Assembly (NCBI GenBank): GCA_963837955.1
Contig: CAWIPH010000002.1
Coordinates: forward strand, 1,056,001-1,120,000
DNA from: an uncultured Verrucomicrobiae bacterium
GTDB lineage: Bacteria; Verrucomicrobiota; Verrucomicrobiia; Chthoniobacterales; JAFAMB01
Direction: 5' to 3'
DNA: 64,000 bases
The notes under the pieces were generated by a model, which was not told where the DNA came from, did no database searches, and saw nothing but the letters and a program-made list of their open reading frames with translations. Positions 59,534-64,000 of this stretch are shown in pieces. A program made the translations under genes and the position numbers. Position 1 is the stretch's first letter, and each line of letters opens with the position of its first letter.

Positions 59534-61111
59534 ATGCTAGCTGAAGCAGCTGTCCCCCCAACCAACGTTCCGTTACTCGATGTTCGCGGTCTCAGTAAGT
59601 CTTTCCCCGGTGTCGCCGCACTCAATGGAGTCGCCTTTGCGCTTGCTCCGGGGGAAGTGCATGCCCTCTTGGGCGAGAATGGTGCCGGCAAATCGACTTT
59701 GCTCAAAATTCTTTCTGGTGCCCAATACCAGGACGCTGGAACTCTCAAGTTTGCCGGTCAGTTGCTCGGCCGCGAGTCGCCCTTGGAGCGGCAGCGCTTG
59801 GGAATCGTCACTGTTTACCAAGAATTCAATCTGATGCCGAACCTGTCCGTAGCGGAAAATATTTTGATCGGCAGAGAACCTACCAAGTTTCGGCTTGTCG
59901 ATTGGAAAGCGATGTATCGTAGGGCCGGAGAAGTCGCCCAGCGATTGGATCTGGCTGTGGATCCGCGAACTCCAGTTGCTGCGCTCAGCGTCGCCGAACA
60001 ACAATTAGTCGAAATCGCCAAAGCGATAAATCTGCAAGCCAAGCTAATCATTCTAGATGAACCAACTGCCGCTCTAAGTAATCGCGAAGTAGCCCGCCTG
60101 CACAAACTTGTTCACGCTCTGAAAACGCAAAACATCGCCTTTATCTACGTCACTCATCGGTTGGACGAAGTTCCTACCATTTGCGATCGATTTACCGTTC
60201 TTCGCGACGGAAAATTCGCCGGGTCCGGAGATCCGCGTCACTGTGCCACCAGCGATATCATTCGGATGATGGTCGGTCGCGACCTCGAGCCATCCCCAGC
60301 GCACCAATCTGTGGCTCGGCAATCCTCAGAGATCGTATTGCAAGTGGTCAATTTCACGCGGACGAAGAAGTTGCCATCGGCTCCTGCGATCATGCTGCGA
60401 AGCATAAGCCTGGAGCTAAGGCACGGCGAGATTTTGGGACTTGCCGGCTTGGTAGGCGCAGGCAGAACCGAACTGGTCAGGGCCATTTTCGGAATTGATC
60501 CGATCGAAAGCGGACAACTATTTTTGAACGGCAAAGCCATCAAAATCAAATCGCCACGTGATGCCATCCGCCATGGCATCGCCATGGTCCCCGAGGACCG
60601 CAAGCAACAAGGACTGTTTCTCAACCAGTCGATCCGACACAATCTCAGTCTATCGAATCTCTCGAAGCTCTCTCGTCTGAAATACTTTGTCGATCCAGGC
60701 GCAGAGAATCGCCTCATTGAACGGTTTCGACAATCCCTGCAGATTCGAATGCCGAGCTCAGAATCGCCCGTAAGAACGCTTTCCGGCGGCAATCAGCAGA
60801 AGATCATTCTGGCACGGTGTTTGGCGCTGTCTCCGAAGATTCTGATCGTTGATGAGCCAACCCGCGGCATTGACGTGGGCGCGAAAGCCGAAGTCCACAA
60901 TCTGCTTCGCCAACAAACCGCAACAGGGACAGCGGTGCTGGTCATCTCGTCAGAGCTCCCGGAACTAATCTCACTCTGCAGCCGAATCTATACCGTCAAA
61001 GAAGGCAGAATTACGGGGCAGATGGCCGCAGAAGAAGCATCCGAAGAAAAACTGATGACCCTCATGACACTCGCACCCTCTGAGCGGCACGCACACGCTA
61101 TAATTGACTGA
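59534..61111 (+). CDS. Sugar ABC transporter ATP-binding protein (RbsA/MglA-like)
   Basis: GENGAGKS, LDEPTAAL, LSGGNQQK and DEPTRGIDVGAK motifs. Confidence 0.95.
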   Translation: MLAEAAVPPTNVPLLDVRGLSKSFPGVAALNGVAFALAPGEVHALLGENGAGKSTLLKILSGAQYQDAGTLKFAGQLLGRESPLERQRLGIVTVYQEFNLMPNLSVAENILIGREPTKFRLVDWKAMYRRAGEVAQRLDLAVDPRTPVAALSVAEQQLVEIAKAINLQAKLIILDEPTAALSNREVARLHKLVHALKTQNIAFIYVTHRLDEVPTICDRFTVLRDGKFAGSGDPRHCATSDIIRMMVGRDLEPSPAHQSVARQSSEIVLQVVNFTRTKKLPSAPAIMLRSISLELRHGEILGLAGLVGAGRTELVRAIFGIDPIESGQLFLNGKAIKIKSPRDAIRHGIAMVPEDRKQQGLFLNQSIRHNLSLSNLSKLSRLKYFVDPGAENRLIERFRQSLQIRMPSSESPVRTLSGGNQQKIILARCLALSPKILIVDEPTRGIDVGAKAEVHNLLRQQTATGTAVLVISSELPELISLCSRIYTVKEGRITGQMAAEEASEEKLMTLMTLAPSERHAHAIID

Positions 61112-62153
61112 CTCCGCGGACCTGAAATCTATGCTAACGATCACACAAGCTGGCGAGCAATCGACGAGTCCGTCGAAAAGAGTAGAATTGATTGCTATTC
61201 TCGAAAAGTTTGGCGTCTTTCTGTTTCTCCTCCTTCTCACCGTTTTCTTTCAACTGCAAAACGAGCGATTCCTCTCAATCCGGAACATCTTGAACATTTT
61301 GTCCGACGTTTCGATTTACGGAATCTTATCCGTCGGAATGACCTTCGTAATTCTTACCTCCGGGATTGATTTATCGATAGGGTCACTGCTTGCGTTCGGC
61401 TCCATGTGCGGTGCAGTCGCAGTCAAGTCTTGGCCTGGTCTGAGTCCCACGGGTTTAAGCTGGTTAGTTGCACTCGGGATCTCTCTGACCGTCGGGTCCG
61501 CCGCAGGTTATCTGCATGGAAAGGCGATAACTAGACTACGCGTACCTGCCTTTATCGTTACTTTAGGCGGTATGACACTTTGGCGAGGAGCAACGTTGAT
61601 GCTAAGCAATGGATCACCGGTTAGCGGGTTTGATAATTCCTATCGCTGGTGGGGACGAGGCGACATCCTGGGCGTCCCGTCCCTAGTTTTAGTCTCTATG
61701 ATAGTAGCCTCTCTTGGGTTCATCATACTTCGCTACACATGTTTCGGACGTCATATATACGCCGTCGGGGATAATTCCGAGGCAGCCAGATTGTCCGGCC
61801 TAGACGTCGACGGCATCTTGATTCGGGTTTACACTATTATGGGCTGCTTGGCCGGGTTGGCCGGCTTCATTCTGTCAGCTCGACTGAGCTCGGCCGAAGC
61901 TGTCGCGGGCGAAGGTTATGAACTCCGAGTGATCGCGTCTGTAGTGATCGGCGGGACGAGCCTGTTTGGTGGTCTCGGCGGAATCATCGGGACGATTGTC
62001 GGAACGTTGTTAATTGGGGTTTTACTGAACGGCCTGGTGATTATGAACGTGTCAGCCTATTCACAGCAGGTAATTATTGGGATAATTATCGTCTTGGCGG
62101 TCGCTTTCGACACTTTTGCCAAGTCCCGGCACGGTCGGGCTGTTGGTAAGTAG
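61104..62153 (+). CDS. Sugar ABC transporter permease (RbsC-like)
   Basis: GIDLSIG, FIVTLG, AARLSG and VVIGGTSL motifs. Confidence 0.93.
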   Translation: MTDSADLKSMLTITQAGEQSTSPSKRVELIAILEKFGVFLFLLLLTVFFQLQNERFLSIRNILNILSDVSIYGILSVGMTFVILTSGIDLSIGSLLAFGSMCGAVAVKSWPGLSPTGLSWLVALGISLTVGSAAGYLHGKAITRLRVPAFIVTLGGMTLWRGATLMLSNGSPVSGFDNSYRWWGRGDILGVPSLVLVSMIVASLGFIILRYTCFGRHIYAVGDNSEAARLSGLDVDGILIRVYTIMGCLAGLAGFILSARLSSAEAVAGEGYELRVIASVVIGGTSLFGGLGGIIGTIVGTLLIGVLLNGLVIMNVSAYSQQVIIGIIIVLAVAFDTFAKSRHGRAVGK

Positions 62154-62193
62154 TAAACCTTCCCCAATCACTGAGCATATCACCGCTGAATCT

Positions 62194-62706
62194 ATGCCAT
62201 GCATCTATCCCCGATCAATTAATCATATCGGCGTAGGCGTGAGCAATCTCGAACAAGCCATCAAGTGGTATCGCGAGGTGTTCGGCTTCACTCTTCTCCG
62301 TGAGCCCTTTGAGGTGCGTGCTGGTGATGGTTCTTATTCGGGACGACAAGCTGCTAACGTTTTAGGGAACCAATTCCGTCATATGCGGATGGCCCATTTG
62401 GCGAGTGCAAACGGAGTGGGAATCGAGCTATTTCAATTATTAGATCCCCCGCACGAACGGCGAACGACTCCACTCGAATTTTGGAAGAACGGATTTTTTC
62501 ATATTTGTGTCACCGATCCCGATGTCGAAACGGCGGTCGCTCGCATTGTAGAGAATGGGGGAAAACAGCTGTCTGACATTTGGGCGGTGGAACCCCAATC
62601 CAAGGAACATAAGATTTGCTATTGCGAAGATATATTCGGAAATATTATCGAAATTTATTCGCATAACTACGAGCAGATGTACGGGGGCATTTCTGGTCAT
62701 GATTAG
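62194..62706 (+). CDS. VOC / lactoylglutathione lyase family protein
   Basis: NHIGVGV, GIELFQ, FHICV and EDIFGNIIEI motifs. Confidence 0.88.
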   Translation: MPCIYPRSINHIGVGVSNLEQAIKWYREVFGFTLLREPFEVRAGDGSYSGRQAANVLGNQFRHMRMAHLASANGVGIELFQLLDPPHERRTTPLEFWKNGFFHICVTDPDVETAVARIVENGGKQLSDIWAVEPQSKEHKICYCEDIFGNIIEIYSHNYEQMYGGISGHD

Positions 62707-63724
62707 CTTCGCACTTTTTGGGGCTGGTCGGATTGGCCAGGTTCACGCTTACAATCTTAAAGCCAGCCACAAAGGCTGTCTCAAGTATGTGATCGACGTA
62801 AATGAACAAGCTGCAACCGAACTCGCAGACAACCTTGGCGCAAAAGTGGTGTCGTCCGAAGCTGGCCTCGCGGATCCCGAAGTAGAGGCAGTCATTATCG
62901 CCAGCGCTACCAATACCCATGCCGAGCTGATTCAGGCATCAGCCAAGGCGGGTAAGGCAATATTTTGCGAAAAGCCTCTGGACACGGATGTCGCTCGATC
63001 GCGCGCTGCTCTGGACGTAGTGGAGCAAAACGGCGTTCCCTTTTTCTTAGCATTTAACCGCAGATTCGATCCGGAATATGACGCTCTACGTCGCGCGTTG
63101 GTTTCAGGGGTGATTGGCAAGCCGGAACTTATCTTGATCACGAGCAGGGATCCCGAACCGCCACCACAGGAGTATCTCCTTTCGTCAGGATCGATCTTTC
63201 GCCATATGACGATCCACGAAATTGATGTGTTCCGTTGGTTGACAGGCGAGGAACCGGTCGAAGTATACGCAATAGGCAGTTCTTTTGTCTTTCCGGAGCT
63301 TTCGAATGGACCTGACACAACGGTGGTTACATTGAAGAGCAGTTCCGGCGTGATCGGAGTTATCAACAATGTCCTTCGCTCATCATTTGGATACGATCAA
63401 CGCTTGGAGGTTCAGGGCGAGCGCGGGATGCTTCAGGTACAGAACCGCGAGAGCTCGAAGCTGGTGGTTTCGGACCGCAGCGGTGTTCGATCAGCGGGAC
63501 CTCAGAATTCCTTTATCCAGCGATTTGCTGATGCGTATAAAATCGAGCTCAACGTATTCATATCAAATCTCTCCTCGGGTAAGCCGATGCAACCGGACGG
63601 CCTGGATGGGCTACGGGCTTCGCTTATCGCCGAATGCATAGAGCGAGCGTACCAAACCGGGACCTCGGTACCGGTCTTAAACGACTATTCCAACTCATCC
63701 CAAACAGTCATCCTCGACCGGTGA
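62699..63724 (+). CDS. iolG: Inositol 2-dehydrogenase-like Gfo/Idh/MocA oxidoreductase
   Basis: FGAGRIGQVH, FCEKP, FNRRFDP, SRDP and GYDQRLEV motifs. Confidence 0.75.
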   Translation: MISFALFGAGRIGQVHAYNLKASHKGCLKYVIDVNEQAATELADNLGAKVVSSEAGLADPEVEAVIIASATNTHAELIQASAKAGKAIFCEKPLDTDVARSRAALDVVEQNGVPFFLAFNRRFDPEYDALRRALVSGVIGKPELILITSRDPEPPPQEYLLSSGSIFRHMTIHEIDVFRWLTGEEPVEVYAIGSSFVFPELSNGPDTTVVTLKSSSGVIGVINNVLRSSFGYDQRLEVQGERGMLQVQNRESSKLVVSDRSGVRSAGPQNSFIQRFADAYKIELNVFISNLSSGKPMQPDGLDGLRASLIAECIERAYQTGTSVPVLNDYSNSSQTVILDR

Positions 63725-63817
63725 GATGGCCAGCACGGATAATACTGTTGGTTGCACATTTCCTGTAAGGTATTCTATCGATAACAGCGCGATACGACCA
63801 ACCCCGTTTACTCTTGA

Positions 63818-64000
63818 ATGAATCTTCCTAAGATCGCCATCTCCCAGCGTCCGCCGGCAGCTCAGCAAATTGCTCACCAATTGTTGGAATATTTCGTCTC
63901 CGGCAAGGTAACCCCTGGCGATCGACTTCCTTCAGAGCGACAACTGGCGGAAAAACTTGGTGTTAGCCGTTCGATCGTCCGCGAAGCACTTAAATCATTG
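63818..64000 (+). CDS. GntR/FadR family regulator (partial, runs off the window)
   Basis: PGDRLPSERQLAEKLGVSRSIVREALKSL winged HTH; not in the ORF track. Confidence 0.9.
   Translation, partial: MNLPKIAISQRPPAAQQIAHQLLEYFVSGKVTPGDRLPSERQLAEKLGVSRSIVREALKSL

Overview
A 64 kb bacterial chromosomal segment, probably from a soil Verrucomicrobiota (Chthoniobacterales-like) genome; this is an inference from protein styles, PEP-CTERM proteins and the repeat families. The left ~17 kb is mostly core genes: two CNNM/CorC proteins, a CysJ-like flavoprotein, iscA/erpA, mutL, a yqjD/E/K-like trio, infA, carA, ycaQ, a standalone diadenylate cyclase and pdxY. The rest is accessory or patchwork DNA: two-component genes, metE under a cobalamin riboswitch, an ABC(YddA/BacA)-GH144-ABC module, mocA-adh-oxlT, oxyR/catalase with a clear operator, ohr, hup, a decaying oxidoreductase/TetR island (about 45.9-53.8 kb) and a sugar-acid uptake/catabolism cluster whose otnC is truncated. 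Intergenic DNA carries several nested REP/REPIN-like inverted-repeat families. One is a 29-58 bp GTCCGAC...GTCGGA micro-element that appears to insert precisely into other repeats and into a dead gene. I saw no rRNA, tRNA, CRISPR array, intact transposase or prophage. All calls come from reading the sequence and motifs; no database searches were run.
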